From an uncultured Bermanella sp. (GTDB lineage: Bacteria > Pseudomonadota > Gammaproteobacteria > Pseudomonadales > Oceanobacteraceae): DNA of 64,000 nt. The number at the start of each line of letters is the position of its first letter. Position 1 is the first letter of the stretch. The DNA lies in contig CAJXRF010000001.1 in the NCBI GenBank assembly GCA_913058575.1, positions 39,056 through 103,055 of the forward strand. The letters run 5' to 3'. Below the pieces are notes generated by a model, which did no database searches, was not told the origin of the DNA, and saw only the letters and a list, made by a program, of their open reading frames with translations. Shown here one piece after another: positions 17,224 through 26,838 of the stretch. Position numbers and translations under genes: made by a program.

Positions 17224-19007
17224 GCGGCAGTGGCCCAAGTAGATTTGCGGGTTTTTTTGCGGTTTAGTTTGTTCTTGTCTATTGCATGCATAATTGCCCA
17301 GCTAATATCAGCATGGCCGTTGGCATTGTTGCGGGTAGCCTTGTAAGTAGTTTGGCCGCCCCCTGTGACATCTTGCTTAATCATCAAGAATGATTGGCTT
17401 ATGTCGAGCCATTCGGCGGGCCAGATAAGATCACCTGAATCAATTAGGTCTTTGGCTTTCAATACCATGTCGGTTTTCTTTTCAGGCGTGTAGGTTATAG
17501 GTGCGGCTTTTGAGTAAAAGTCTTTCACAATGTCGTAAACACCACGGCCTTGGCCAGATACATCAATGCCTATGTGGGCCACGTTGTAACGATCTTTAAC
17601 CAGTTTCTTTATTTCATTGGCTTGCCATACATAACTTTTATCTAACCAGGTGAAGCGCTCTATTATTTTGTGTGTCACTTCAGGGATTAATGGCGGCAGT
17701 ACTACCACCACCACAGAGTTATCACGGGTACGGGCTGGGTCATATCCTAGCCATACCTCGCGTAAACCTGCGGGCCTGTCGTCTTTTAGGTTTATATTGG
17801 CATCTTCATACAAAGAATCATTGGCGCATTGTTGAAGTTTATTCAGTTTAAATGCACTTACTTTGTCATCCACAAAATGGCACATGAATAAGTTATTAAA
17901 TTCATCTTCACTGTATTCATCACGCAGTTCGTCCACGTCAAACAGATCACAACCGTCATTGGCGGCGTCTTCAATGGTAACCACGTTTCGCCATATATTA
18001 TCAGGGCAAAGTTGCCCGCCACCTCTTAACTCTTTATTGGTCGGGAATATAATGTCTTGGCGTTTTTTACTGCGCCCTTTCCATTCGTCGCCATTCCAAA
18101 ATGGGTAGGCTTCATGGTTGATGGCGGAAGGCGTAGAAAAATAGGTTCTACGCCATTTTTTATGGGTAGCAATGCCCGATGAAACCTTTTTAAGTTTCTT
18201 AAAGCCTGGTATCCAGTGGTATTCATCCACATAAATATGGCCATGGTAGCCGTTGGCTGAATTACTGTTGGTAGAGAGGGGGATTAACTGCGCACCGTTT
18301 GAAAGGTTTATGGGTGAGCCTTTTAATTCAATACCAAACCAATCAAGGGCAAAGGCTTTTATGTATGAAATAAATATTTCAGCTTGTGCGCGGCTGGCCG
18401 ATAGGAAAATTTGGTTGTCAGCATTAATACACGCATCTTCAAAGGCTTCTGCTGAAAAATAGTATGTGGCTCCAATTTGGCGGCTTTTTAGAATTTGTCG
18501 GGTGCGTTTGGTTAATGGGTCGTTTTTAGCATCACGCCATCTTTGTTGGTATGGGTACAGCATGTTTGCAAACTTTTCGTCAAAGTCTGCTTGTGTTAAA
18601 TGGCTTATGTCATTTTTGGTGCTGCTTTTTTTCTTATTGGTTTTCTTGCCAGTGTTGCTAGTACGCTCTTTTGCTTCTTCTCTTTCTTCGTCAACTCGCT
18701 TTTTACTGTCGGTGCCGTTAATCCATTGCACCTTGTCGAGCTTTTCCATTTGCTTCATTAAGCAATCAATTTCTTTGAAATCGGTATCACACTTGTTTGG
18801 CTTTTCTATTAGTTGATTAAAACGCCTTGCCACTACTACGCGGGGGTCTAGGTGTTTTATTTGGTCGTACCAATTGCCTTTCTCTGCCCACTGATACACC
18901 ACCCGAACATTATTAATTTCAGGCAGTTCTATCAGTATTTGTGGCGGCTTTACACCCTTAATAAAAAGGATCTTTGCGGCGGTTTTAATTTCATCACTGT
19001 ATCTCAT
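17220..19007 (-). CDS. P: Terminase ATPase subunit (P2 gpP)
   Basis: ILKSRQIGATYYF (Walker A), IYVDEYHW (Walker B), GYDPAR nuclease motif, GHADISWA. Confidence 0.96.
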   Translation of the reverse strand: MRYSDEIKTAAKILFIKGVKPPQILIELPEINNVRVVYQWAEKGNWYDQIKHLDPRVVVARRFNQLIEKPNKCDTDFKEIDCLMKQMEKLDKVQWINGTDSKKRVDEEREEAKERTSNTGKKTNKKKSSTKNDISHLTQADFDEKFANMLYPYQQRWRDAKNDPLTKRTRQILKSRQIGATYYFSAEAFEDACINADNQIFLSASRAQAEIFISYIKAFALDWFGIELKGSPINLSNGAQLIPLSTNSNSANGYHGHIYVDEYHWIPGFKKLKKVSSGIATHKKWRRTYFSTPSAINHEAYPFWNGDEWKGRSKKRQDIIFPTNKELRGGGQLCPDNIWRNVVTIEDAANDGCDLFDVDELRDEYSEDEFNNLFMCHFVDDKVSAFKLNKLQQCANDSLYEDANINLKDDRPAGLREVWLGYDPARTRDNSVVVVVLPPLIPEVTHKIIERFTWLDKSYVWQANEIKKLVKDRYNVAHIGIDVSGQGRGVYDIVKDFYSKAAPITYTPEKKTDMVLKAKDLIDSGDLIWPAEWLDISQSFLMIKQDVTGGGQTTYKATRNNANGHADISWAIMHAIDKNKLNRKKTRKSTWATAA

Positions 19008-19051
19008 GCCGTCAATTTAAATAAAAAATGATAGGAATTCATAAAAACTAA

Positions 19052-19093
19052 TCCAGTTGTTTCCAGTTCTTCTAAATCTGGAAGGTTCTGGAA
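19052..19093. promoter_or_regulatory. Dyad of 10-bp-spaced TCCAG/CTGGA repeats in the divergent P/O late promoter region
   Basis: TCCAG at 19052 and 19062, CTGGA at 19078 and 19088. Confidence 0.55.
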
Positions 19094-19182
19094 GTTAGGC
19101 GCTTTAATCGTTTAAAAATAGTGAATAAAGTGAAGGCCACTTAAATGAATTTGAATTGATTAACACTTTTTGAGGACTGGCC

Positions 19183-20052
19183 ATGCCAACCGGATTGAGA
19201 ACTAAATGGTATCGAGTAGCGGTTTCCGGTGACTCAATTGATGGTCGAGACATTACCGACAATGAAATAAATGAACTAGCTGAAACCTACAATCCAAAAT
19301 TCTATACAGCGCTTTTGTGGATAGATCACATTCGAGATTTTGGTAATTACGGGAAGGTGATTGCGCTTAAAGCAGAAACCATAAGTGATGAATCAGATCC
19401 GCTTAATGGCAAGGTGGCTCTTTACGCGATTTTAGCTCCCAATCAATATTTAATTAATTTAAATAAGCAGGGGCAAAAGCTTTTTTCCTCAATTGAAATC
19501 TGGCCGGATTTTGCAAAAAGTCAAAAAGTTTATTTGGCGGGTATGGCCATTGTTGATCAACCTGGTTCGGTTGGTGTTGAGGTGATGAAGTTTAAGCAAA
19601 AAACAGATGACGCTTGCATTCTTTCGGAGCCTAAGAATTTTGGATTGACCAGTATCTTGAATTCGATGGGTGAAGTTCCCGCCAATGCCTTTGCTCAAAT
19701 CCCACTGAAAACCCCCAAACCGGAAGATGAAGAAATGAACAAAGAACAATTTGACCAATTTATTGCACAACAAGCCACGCAGCATGAAGCCACCATGGAA
19801 GCCATGAAAGCTTTTATTGCCAAGCCTGCTGAAACACCTAAACCAAAAGATGATGACGGTGATGGATCTGGTGGTGATGACTCTGGTTCTGGTGGTGAAA
19901 CACCAAGCAAAAACTTTGCGTCAAAAACTGATATGGAAACTTTAACCCAAGCAGTCACCAAATTAAGTGAAGATTTTAAAGCGGCCATGGGTGAAGAACA
20001 CGGGGGCACTGATGCTGATGGAGAAGGTGAACAAGGTTTTCAAGCCTGCTAA
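19183..20052 (+). CDS. O: Capsid scaffolding protein/protease (P2 gpO)
   Basis: WYRVAVSGDSIDGRDI, KLFSSIEI, YLAGMAIVDQPGSVG. Confidence 0.93.
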   Translation: MPTGLRTKWYRVAVSGDSIDGRDITDNEINELAETYNPKFYTALLWIDHIRDFGNYGKVIALKAETISDESDPLNGKVALYAILAPNQYLINLNKQGQKLFSSIEIWPDFAKSQKVYLAGMAIVDQPGSVGVEVMKFKQKTDDACILSEPKNFGLTSILNSMGEVPANAFAQIPLKTPKPEDEEMNKEQFDQFIAQQATQHEATMEAMKAFIAKPAETPKPKDDDGDGSGGDDSGSGGETPSKNFASKTDMETLTQAVTKLSEDFKAAMGEEHGGTDADGEGEQGFQAC

Positions 20053-20111
20053 AAGGCATGCAATAAACCCAGTTGTTTCATTTTTCATTCGTAAAATAGG
20101 AAATTATTCAC

Positions 20112-21158
20112 ATGAATAACAATACACGCAAAGCATTATCAAATTGGATTGTACAGCTAGGCAAGGCTTATGGTGTTTCGCCTACTGTGATTGAGCAGGC
20201 CAAGCAATTTGCGGCAACTCCACAAGTTGAGCAGATTCTTAAAAAAGCCATTGTGGAAAAGTCTACCTTGCTGAAACGCATTAACGTGCGCCAAGTAAGT
20301 CAAATATCAGGTAAGAAGCTAGGTATGTTAACCACGCAACCAATTGCCAGTAATACTGACACTTCAGGTTCAGGTGTGCGCACTCCGGTTAATGTCTTTG
20401 GTATGTCTGAAGATGAATACAAGTGTGAAAAAACAAATTATGACACCGCCATTACTTATGAAAATTTGGATGAATGGTCCGAATTTAAAAACTTCAAACA
20501 ACTTTTACAAGATGCCATCAATGAAACCATAGCCAATAACAAGGCAATGATTGCTTGGTACGGTGAAGCCTATGCCAAAGACTCTGACCTTGTTTCAAAT
20601 CCATTAATGCAAGATGTTGGTATTGGTTGGTTTCAGCAAGTCCGAAACAACAAGCCCAGCCAACTACTTACAGAGGGTGGCACGACTAATGAAATACGTT
20701 TTGGTACTGGTGGTGATTATGAAAATATTGATCATGCCGTGGAAGAAATTAAAACCGGAATTCCGGCACATAAACGAAATGACCCATCACTAGTAGTGCT
20801 TGTGGGTAGTGACTTGTTAGCCCAGCAACGCATTGACCTTTATAAAAATCAAGGCGGCACACCAAGTGAAAAAGAGCGTGTGGAAACCCCACAAGTTACT
20901 AGCACATTTGGCAACTTACCGCTTGCACAGGAAGTTTTCTTCCCTGGTCGAGGCTTGGCCATTACCTCCATGAAAAACCTATCTATCTACACACAGAAAG
21001 GCAGTGTGCGCCGTAGCATTGTTGACAATGCCAGCAAAGACCAGATTGAAAATTATCTGTCTATGCGTGACGCCTTTGTTGTTGAAGACTATGACTCTTT
21101 TGCAGCCCTTGAATTCAAAAATGTGAAGTTACCAGACGGTGCAGGTGGCTGGGCGTAG
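20112..21158 (+). CDS. N: Major capsid protein (P2 gpN family)
   Basis: FAATPQVEQIL, CEKTNYDTAITYENLDEWS, NPLMQDVGIGWFQ, NYLSMRDAFVVEDY. Confidence 0.96.
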   Translation: MNNNTRKALSNWIVQLGKAYGVSPTVIEQAKQFAATPQVEQILKKAIVEKSTLLKRINVRQVSQISGKKLGMLTTQPIASNTDTSGSGVRTPVNVFGMSEDEYKCEKTNYDTAITYENLDEWSEFKNFKQLLQDAINETIANNKAMIAWYGEAYAKDSDLVSNPLMQDVGIGWFQQVRNNKPSQLLTEGGTTNEIRFGTGGDYENIDHAVEEIKTGIPAHKRNDPSLVVLVGSDLLAQQRIDLYKNQGGTPSEKERVETPQVTSTFGNLPLAQEVFFPGRGLAITSMKNLSIYTQKGSVRRSIVDNASKDQIENYLSMRDAFVVEDYDSFAALEFKNVKLPDGAGGWA

Positions 21159-21228
21159 TCATTAATAGAAAAGCGTTTTAACCAAAACGGGCCTTTCTAT
21201 TGTTGAAAGGCCCAACACTAAAACCTCC

Positions 21229-21960
21229 ATGGGGATGGAAAAAATGAACTTGATGCAAAAACACCAAAAGAAGTGTGCCGATTGTGCGCCCACTGCACAG
21301 CCTAAAAAAGTAATGGGCACTAGCAAGCAAGACATGAAAGGTTTGGGGCTGGCCACTGAATTAGAGCGCCAAACCAAGTTGATTCAAACCGATGCCTTAC
21401 TTTTAAAATCAATTATGAGTCATGAACAGCGTGATAAAGAAAAAGCGTTGTTGATTCCAAAATATGAATCTTATTTGGATTCGTATTTGTCCCAAGAAAA
21501 ACGCCATAAAAACCCTGTGTTGGTTCAAGTAATGGTTTGGGCATTTGACAGTAAGCAAATTGACCTAGCTTTGAATCTAGCCAAATACGCGCTGGACATT
21601 AATGACGATTTACCAGAAGGCTATAAATCCAATATTCAAGAATGGGTGTTGGATACTTTGCATGATTACCTTGAAGAAGAATACAAGGCGGGCCGTACTT
21701 CAGAACCTTACCTATCAGACACAATACAGTTTTTAGTTGACCTGGATACATTTGACCAGATCAAGTCAAAGTTTCACAAGTTAGCGGGCCACTATGCCTA
21801 TGACAGTGAAGAGTGGCAAAAGACAGTTGATCACTATCTTTTAGCTGAAAAGTTTAGTTCCAAAGCACAAGTAAAAACCAAGCGTGAACACGCTGAAAAA
21901 CAATTGGAAAAATTAGCGGAAGCTAACGAAGCCAAAACGAATGAGGCGGGCGCCTCATAA
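21229..21960 (+). CDS. M: Terminase endonuclease subunit (P2 gpM)
   Basis: LLIPKYESYL, VQVMVWAFD, KSKFHKLAG; position after the capsid gene. Confidence 0.85.
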   Translation: MGMEKMNLMQKHQKKCADCAPTAQPKKVMGTSKQDMKGLGLATELERQTKLIQTDALLLKSIMSHEQRDKEKALLIPKYESYLDSYLSQEKRHKNPVLVQVMVWAFDSKQIDLALNLAKYALDINDDLPEGYKSNIQEWVLDTLHDYLEEEYKAGRTSEPYLSDTIQFLVDLDTFDQIKSKFHKLAGHYAYDSEEWQKTVDHYLLAEKFSSKAQVKTKREHAEKQLEKLAEANEAKTNEAGAS

Positions 21961-21975
21961 GGCTCCAACCCCACC

Positions 21976-22038
21976 GTTGGGCTTCTGGTGGAAGTATAGG
22001 CACTTGTGCTTTGTATATTTTAAACCAGTACGCCCAAC
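21976..22038 (+). other. Long imperfect hairpin in the M-L intergenic region
   Basis: gttgggc...gcccaac, ctggt...accag and cac-tt-gtg nested pairings. Confidence 0.55.
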
Positions 22039-22075
22039 ACCCCATCTAATTTTAAGAAAGTAACCAGGTAAAGAA

Positions 22076-22531
22076 ATGTCTAGTTTTGGTCTTAATCCAG
22101 TAAACGAAAGTACAGACAGTTTGGCCAGTGATGGTTTCTTTCCTGAAATAGAAATTGGTGATTTTCAAAAGGTATTCCATGAAGTGAATGGAGTGGATTT
22201 TGAAAAGATTAAATTTCAATTGTTGTTGGCCATGGCCTATGTAAATACGCGGCTTGAGTCAGTAAAGGAAAATACCACGGTGAACACCTTAGCCGAAACC
22301 AATACCAATACAGTGGGTGGTCTGTCAGTGACAGAGCTTCACTATCAAACAGCGGTGTTTGCTCATGCTAAGGCAGAACTCTTGCCCGTGGCCATTGATG
22401 TGGTAAGCCGTGAAAAGGCCAGTGACTTGGAAAGTAACCGTGAACAGTTAACGCGAGATTTTCGCACCACACGCAATCAAGCCATTAGAACTTTGCTGGG
22501 CAAAAATTCCGCCACTGTTGAACTGATTTAA
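22076..22531 (+). CDS. L: Head completion/stabilisation protein (P2 gpL)
   Basis: DGFFPEI, HYQTAVFAHAKAELL, AIRTLLG...VELI. Confidence 0.88.
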   Translation: MSSFGLNPVNESTDSLASDGFFPEIEIGDFQKVFHEVNGVDFEKIKFQLLLAMAYVNTRLESVKENTTVNTLAETNTNTVGGLSVTELHYQTAVFAHAKAELLPVAIDVVSREKASDLESNREQLTRDFRTTRNQAIRTLLGKNSATVELI

Positions 22532-22540
22532 GGGTGCTCC

Positions 22541-22984
22541 ATGGATAAGTTTGAAGCCTTACAGGAATACTTAAAAAATAAAAAGCTGGTTTCAATTGGT
22601 AAATTTGACGCTTGGGTTGAATCCATGGAAATGCAAAAGGTGGGGAAAGACACGCCTAGTGGGCATCACCTGTTTAATGTTCAGTATCAAGCCATGTTTA
22701 CTTTTGAAGAATGCCAGCAAGCGGCCATGTTGATTCCTGCCTTAGTTCAGGGTTGGTTGTCAGACCATGACGGTGGCAGGCGTGAAGAGATAGAGGGAAA
22801 AATAAAGTTAAACGTTACTTTGGTTAAGTCGGGCGTGTATCACGTTGATGTGCAAATTACGTTTAAAGAAGAAGTGTTCATTCACGAAAGCGCAACGGGT
22901 GCCATTGAATACAAAGGCAAAAAATGGACAGGGGGCAAAGCAGAACAAAGCGTTGCTAAAGCCATTGAGGTTATTAACGAATGA
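22541..22984 (+). CDS. Tail completion protein (gpR-like)
   Basis: MDKFEALQEYL start, HP1-like position. Confidence 0.7.
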   Translation: MDKFEALQEYLKNKKLVSIGKFDAWVESMEMQKVGKDTPSGHHLFNVQYQAMFTFEECQQAAMLIPALVQGWLSDHDGGRREEIEGKIKLNVTLVKSGVYHVDVQITFKEEVFIHESATGAIEYKGKKWTGGKAEQSVAKAIEVINE

Positions 22985-23616
22985 TTAAGCTTCAAGTAGA
23001 CATAGATGATTTGCTTGATGCTAAAGCCAGAAAAAAGCTTTTGCAATTGAACACAGGGCAACGCAAACGATTAAACCGAAAGCTAGGTCGGTATGCCATT
23101 AATCAAAGCCGTGAACGTTTAAGAAATCAAAACGATGTACGCGGCGGTAAATTGGCCAAAAGTAAAACCGGAAAAAAGGTTTTGGCTAAACAGGGTAATG
23201 GCATGGTGGTGTATGCCAGTGCAGATAAAGCCACCATTACTTGGAAAAATGATTTAACGGGGTCTATTGCGTTTCAACATCATTACGGAATTGCAGAACG
23301 TTGGACAGCATCGAAAGCCAAGCGGTTATTTGGACAGCCTGATTACAAGGCTCCTGCCACTAGGGAACAAGCCAGATCATTATTGGCAGTGGGTTTTAAG
23401 ATTAAAGCTAAGAAGGGCACCAAGCGCCCCAGTCAAAAATGGATCATGGATAACATGACCATTGGTGTGGCGGGGGCAGCTATTAAAAAATTAAGAAAAG
23501 CACCCACGGTGAAAAGTTGGATTGTTCCCATTAAGAAAAGACAGTTTTTAGGGGCAACACAAAACGATGTGATGGCCATGGTTGAAATGATTACAAAAAC
23601 CGTAATGAAAAAATGA
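22981..23616 (+). CDS. Virion morphogenesis protein (gpS-like)
   Basis: Basic protein with IAFQHHYG, PATREQARSL, RQFLG motifs. Confidence 0.8.
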   Translation: MIKLQVDIDDLLDAKARKKLLQLNTGQRKRLNRKLGRYAINQSRERLRNQNDVRGGKLAKSKTGKKVLAKQGNGMVVYASADKATITWKNDLTGSIAFQHHYGIAERWTASKAKRLFGQPDYKAPATREQARSLLAVGFKIKAKKGTKRPSQKWIMDNMTIGVAGAAIKKLRKAPTVKSWIVPIKKRQFLGATQNDVMAMVEMITKTVMKK

Positions 23617-23627
23617 GGCTTTAAATT

Positions 23628-24734
23628 ATGGCAATACCACAGGTAAAAACGCAGGCCCTTAATTTAGGCCAAGGCAGCACACCAGAAATTGAGCGCAAGG
23701 TGTTGTTCATTGGTGTAGCCGATGGCAGCGCGTTAGCGGGTGCGGTGTTTCTTTCTTCAGATTCTGATTTAGATGATTTGATGGGGGAATCTGATAGCGA
23801 ATTAAAAACCCATGTTGAGGCGGCTATCTTGTCAGCGGGCACAGGCTTTGAAGCGGCCTATATTGAGATTTCCAACTTTGCAGAATGGCCAGCGGCTTTA
23901 GAAGTGGCTATGGAAACCTTTTCTCCTGAACTGGTGGCCGTGTGTACGCCTATAACCGATAAAAGTGATTTAAGTGATGCACAGGTGACGGCAGTTGAAC
24001 AAACCAACACCCTAGAGCGTTTGGTGACGGTGTGCATGACTTCCCCTGGTATTACCAATTTACAAAGCTGGCCTGACTATGTAACAGCACAAGCTTTATT
24101 TACAGACAGTCTTGCTTGCGATCGTGTGGTGGTGGTGCCTGATTTATGTGGTAACAATCTTGGGGCCTTAGTGGGCCGCCTTGCAAAAAAAGAAGTGAGC
24201 ATTGCTGATAGCCCTATTCGTAAACAAACAGGGCCTGACATTGCACTGGCAGCATTCCCCGTTGATAAAGATGGCAAGTCCTTAACTTTGGCCACGTTAA
24301 CCGCTTTGCATAATACCGCGCGCTTAACCGTGCCATTTTGGTTTACCGATGTTCAAGGCATTTTTTGGACAGACTGCTTAACCCTTGATGCAGTGGGTGG
24401 TGATTTTCAATTAGTGCAGCATCGGCGCGTAGTCGATAAGGCATCACGGGCCATCCGTTTATTAACCATTAATGAAATTGGTAACCGCCAATTTAATCAA
24501 ACAGAAACCTCAATAAAACTTTACCAAGGTATTTTTGAAAAGCCGCTACGTGACATGTCTAAAAGTGTGACGGTGAACGGTAAAGCTATACCAGGGGAAA
24601 TTAAACTACCAAACGATGCGGTCACTATCCAATGGGTAGACGCCGACACGGTAAAAATTTACTACAAATTAACGCCGTACAAATCGGTCACTGAAATCAT
24701 CAATAATGTTTTCTTAGATTTATCTAACGCCTAG
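23628..24734 (+). CDS. Tail sheath protein (DUF2586, HP1-type)
   Basis: NLGQGSTPEIERKVLFIG, VSIADSPIR, DAVGGDFQ...RVVDKASR. Confidence 0.88.
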   Translation: MAIPQVKTQALNLGQGSTPEIERKVLFIGVADGSALAGAVFLSSDSDLDDLMGESDSELKTHVEAAILSAGTGFEAAYIEISNFAEWPAALEVAMETFSPELVAVCTPITDKSDLSDAQVTAVEQTNTLERLVTVCMTSPGITNLQSWPDYVTAQALFTDSLACDRVVVVPDLCGNNLGALVGRLAKKEVSIADSPIRKQTGPDIALAAFPVDKDGKSLTLATLTALHNTARLTVPFWFTDVQGIFWTDCLTLDAVGGDFQLVQHRRVVDKASRAIRLLTINEIGNRQFNQTETSIKLYQGIFEKPLRDMSKSVTVNGKAIPGEIKLPNDAVTIQWVDADTVKIYYKLTPYKSVTEIINNVFLDLSNA

Positions 24735-24741
24735 CAGGGGA

Positions 24742-25188
24742 ATGAACATGAGTGAACACATAACCGGACAAAGTTGGGAATTCTTTCTTGATGCGCTCTT
24801 GATCACAGTAGAAAACGCAACCCTTAACATTACAGATGAAAGTGATGTGAAATACAGCAAGGGACGCCCTAATGGATTTATGCGCGGCAAATCCAGTGCA
24901 GAAGGTGAACTAGAGCTAGATGCTGAAAACATGACTTTACTAACCACCATTGCGGCTACTAAAGGCAGTTGGCAGGGATTAGTTGATATTGATTTGCGTG
25001 GTTTAGCCATTGTGAACGGTAACGCTCAAACAGTGGAAGCTTTTGGCTGCATGATTCAATTGAAAGACATTTTGAACGCGAACCCTAATGGCAACGAAGC
25101 GGCCACTTGTAAATTGTCTTTCAAGGTAGCAGGTGATGACTTTGTGAAATTCAACGGCGTTTCCTATTTACCGGATAGCTTATTTTAA
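24742..25188 (+). CDS. Tail tube protein (DUF2597, HP1-type)
   Basis: KGRPNGFMRGKSSAEGELELD, DDFVKFNGVSYL. Confidence 0.85.
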   Translation: MNMSEHITGQSWEFFLDALLITVENATLNITDESDVKYSKGRPNGFMRGKSSAEGELELDAENMTLLTTIAATKGSWQGLVDIDLRGLAIVNGNAQTVEAFGCMIQLKDILNANPNGNEAATCKLSFKVAGDDFVKFNGVSYLPDSLF

Positions 25189-25190
25189 TT

Positions 25191-25385
25191 ATGGATGAAT
25201 TTGATAGAGCGTCACAGGTTGAAGAGAAGCATAGGCAGTCATGCATTCAAGCGGTACTGAAACACGCCAGACAAAAAAGCCGTGAAGAATGTTTGGACTG
25301 TGACCAATCCATTCCACAAAAACGCCGTGATGTGGGTGGCATCGTTCGATGTATTAAATGCCAAGAAATTGAGGAAGGGAAATGA
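25191..25385 (+). CDS. TraR/DksA C4 zinc-finger protein
   Basis: MDEFDRA...CLDC...IPQKRR...RCIKCQ. Confidence 0.9.
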   Translation: MDEFDRASQVEEKHRQSCIQAVLKHARQKSREECLDCDQSIPQKRRDVGGIVRCIKCQEIEEGK

Positions 25386-25993
25386 AAAAGTTAACTGCAA
25401 AAATTGTCATGGATGCCATGAAGAAGCTGGGACATAAGGTTTTTTCAACGGGTGACTATAACCTAAACCTAATTGGTGTTCGTAGCCAAGACAAAGAAAA
25501 CAACACGTTTAATGATGTGATGTGTTGCTTGTTTAAAGATGCGGGTCAATGGGTGTTGCTGCAATTTTCTTGCACCACTGATCCAGGTCTTTTCTATTTG
25601 AAAGAGCCTTTGAATGTTTCGGGGTGTGCCATTGTGAAGCCGGGTCAATACCCTGGCATGTGGAAACTGGGCTTGCACCGCAACACTTACAGGGCGCTTG
25701 TGCAACGGGGCAAGGTAGCGGTTTACCGTGATAACAATGGTGACGGTGTATTGGATTTTGAAAATGAAGAAACGGGCTTATTTGGCATTAATTTGCATCG
25801 CGCCACACAAAAGGGTGAAAGCCAGCGTGTTCATAAATGGTCGGCAGGATGCCAGGTCACCGCCAGTTCATTTGATTACCACATTCTTATGGCCCTATGT
25901 GAGAAAAGCGCTCAAGAGTACGGGGATTCATTCACTTACACTTTAATCACTGAAGCCGATTTAAAAGATAAAGACTTAAAGGAGAAATCATGA
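25382..25993 (+). CDS. YkuD/L,D-transpeptidase-fold protein in the endolysin position
   Basis: GINLH-x14-SAGCQV matches the H-x14-17-[ST]-x-G-C catalytic motif; no signal peptide; DNNGDGVLD EF-hand-like loop. Confidence 0.7.
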   Translation: MKKLTAKIVMDAMKKLGHKVFSTGDYNLNLIGVRSQDKENNTFNDVMCCLFKDAGQWVLLQFSCTTDPGLFYLKEPLNVSGCAIVKPGQYPGMWKLGLHRNTYRALVQRGKVAVYRDNNGDGVLDFENEETGLFGINLHRATQKGESQRVHKWSAGCQVTASSFDYHILMALCEKSAQEYGDSFTYTLITEADLKDKDLKEKS

Positions 25994-26256
25994 AACTTAA
26001 CCTAACTAAAAAATGGAAAGTGCGGCTGTTAATCTCTGCTACCACTTTGGTCTTGAGTGCCATTGGTTTTGAATTAAGCCCACAACAACAAAGTGCTTTG
26101 AAACCTGTTGCACAGGCTTTGGTTGAGTCGGTCACTTATGACGAGCAAGAAGCCCAACAAGAAAATGATATAGCGCAACCGCCCTTTATTGAACCTGACC
26201 CAATACCACCTGAATTAATAGAGGTGGTGGCTGATGGTGTGTTGTCTTTGTTTTAA
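25990..26256 (+). CDS. Small membrane protein in the lysis cassette (holin or spanin-like candidate)
   Basis: Basic N-terminus, one TM, acidic Pro-rich tail. Confidence 0.55.
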   Translation: MKLNLTKKWKVRLLISATTLVLSAIGFELSPQQQSALKPVAQALVESVTYDEQEAQQENDIAQPPFIEPDPIPPELIEVVADGVLSLF

Positions 26257-26282
26257 CGATATTAAGAGTAAAGGGATTCAGC

Positions 26283-26525
26283 ATGTTTGAGTTATCGCCA
26301 CAAGTATTAAGCTTTTTATTGGTTATAGCTGAAGCCTTGTCAGCGGGGTTGGTGTTTGCGTTACGTTCTTTGTATTCACAACACAAACAAACCCGTGAAG
26401 AATTTTTAGCATACAAACTGGAAGTGGCCGAGAAGTACGCCACCAAAGATTTTATAAGTGACAATTTTGATCGCCTTAATCTTAGGCTTGATAAGTTGTT
26501 TGATGAAGTACACAAAAAACATTGA
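26283..26525 (+). CDS. Single-TM coiled-coil protein (holin-like)
   Basis: N-terminal TM then FLAYKLEVAEKYATK...RLDKL, a pattern common in lysis cassettes. Confidence 0.6.
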   Translation: MFELSPQVLSFLLVIAEALSAGLVFALRSLYSQHKQTREEFLAYKLEVAEKYATKDFISDNFDRLNLRLDKLFDEVHKKH

Positions 26526-26535
26526 AGGTGAAAAC

Positions 26536-26838
26536 ATGAAGAAGCAAACGATTGAATTGGCTGTTGCGGGTGTTGATGTTGAGTTTAAGGTAGACATCAT
26601 CAAATACAACGCCTTTTTGAATTCAGGTTCTGGCAAAAATAAAGTGCAAGCGGTTAACAACTTTTTGATTAGCTGTTGTGAAGAAAGCCAAAAAGAGTTT
26701 TTACGTGACCAGTTTGGTAATGAGCCTGGCACACCTACCGCATTGCTTGAAGTCATTTTGGAAGAATACGCACCTGATGTGAGTGTGATTGTAAAAAAAT
26801 CCAAGACAGAGCCGAGCAACTCAGGCGAGACGGCCTAG
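26536..26838 (+). CDS. Tail assembly chaperone
   Basis: YNAFLN...KVQAVNNFL...ILEEYAPDVSVIVKK; immediately upstream of the tape measure gene. Confidence 0.85.
   Translation: MKKQTIELAVAGVDVEFKVDIIKYNAFLNSGSGKNKVQAVNNFLISCCEESQKEFLRDQFGNEPGTPTALLEVILEEYAPDVSVIVKKSKTEPSNSGETA

Noticed and set aside
19850-19900. Gly/Asp/Ser low-complexity stretch in the scaffold gene
   Set aside because: A flexible linker typical of gpO scaffolds; not a perfect DNA repeat.
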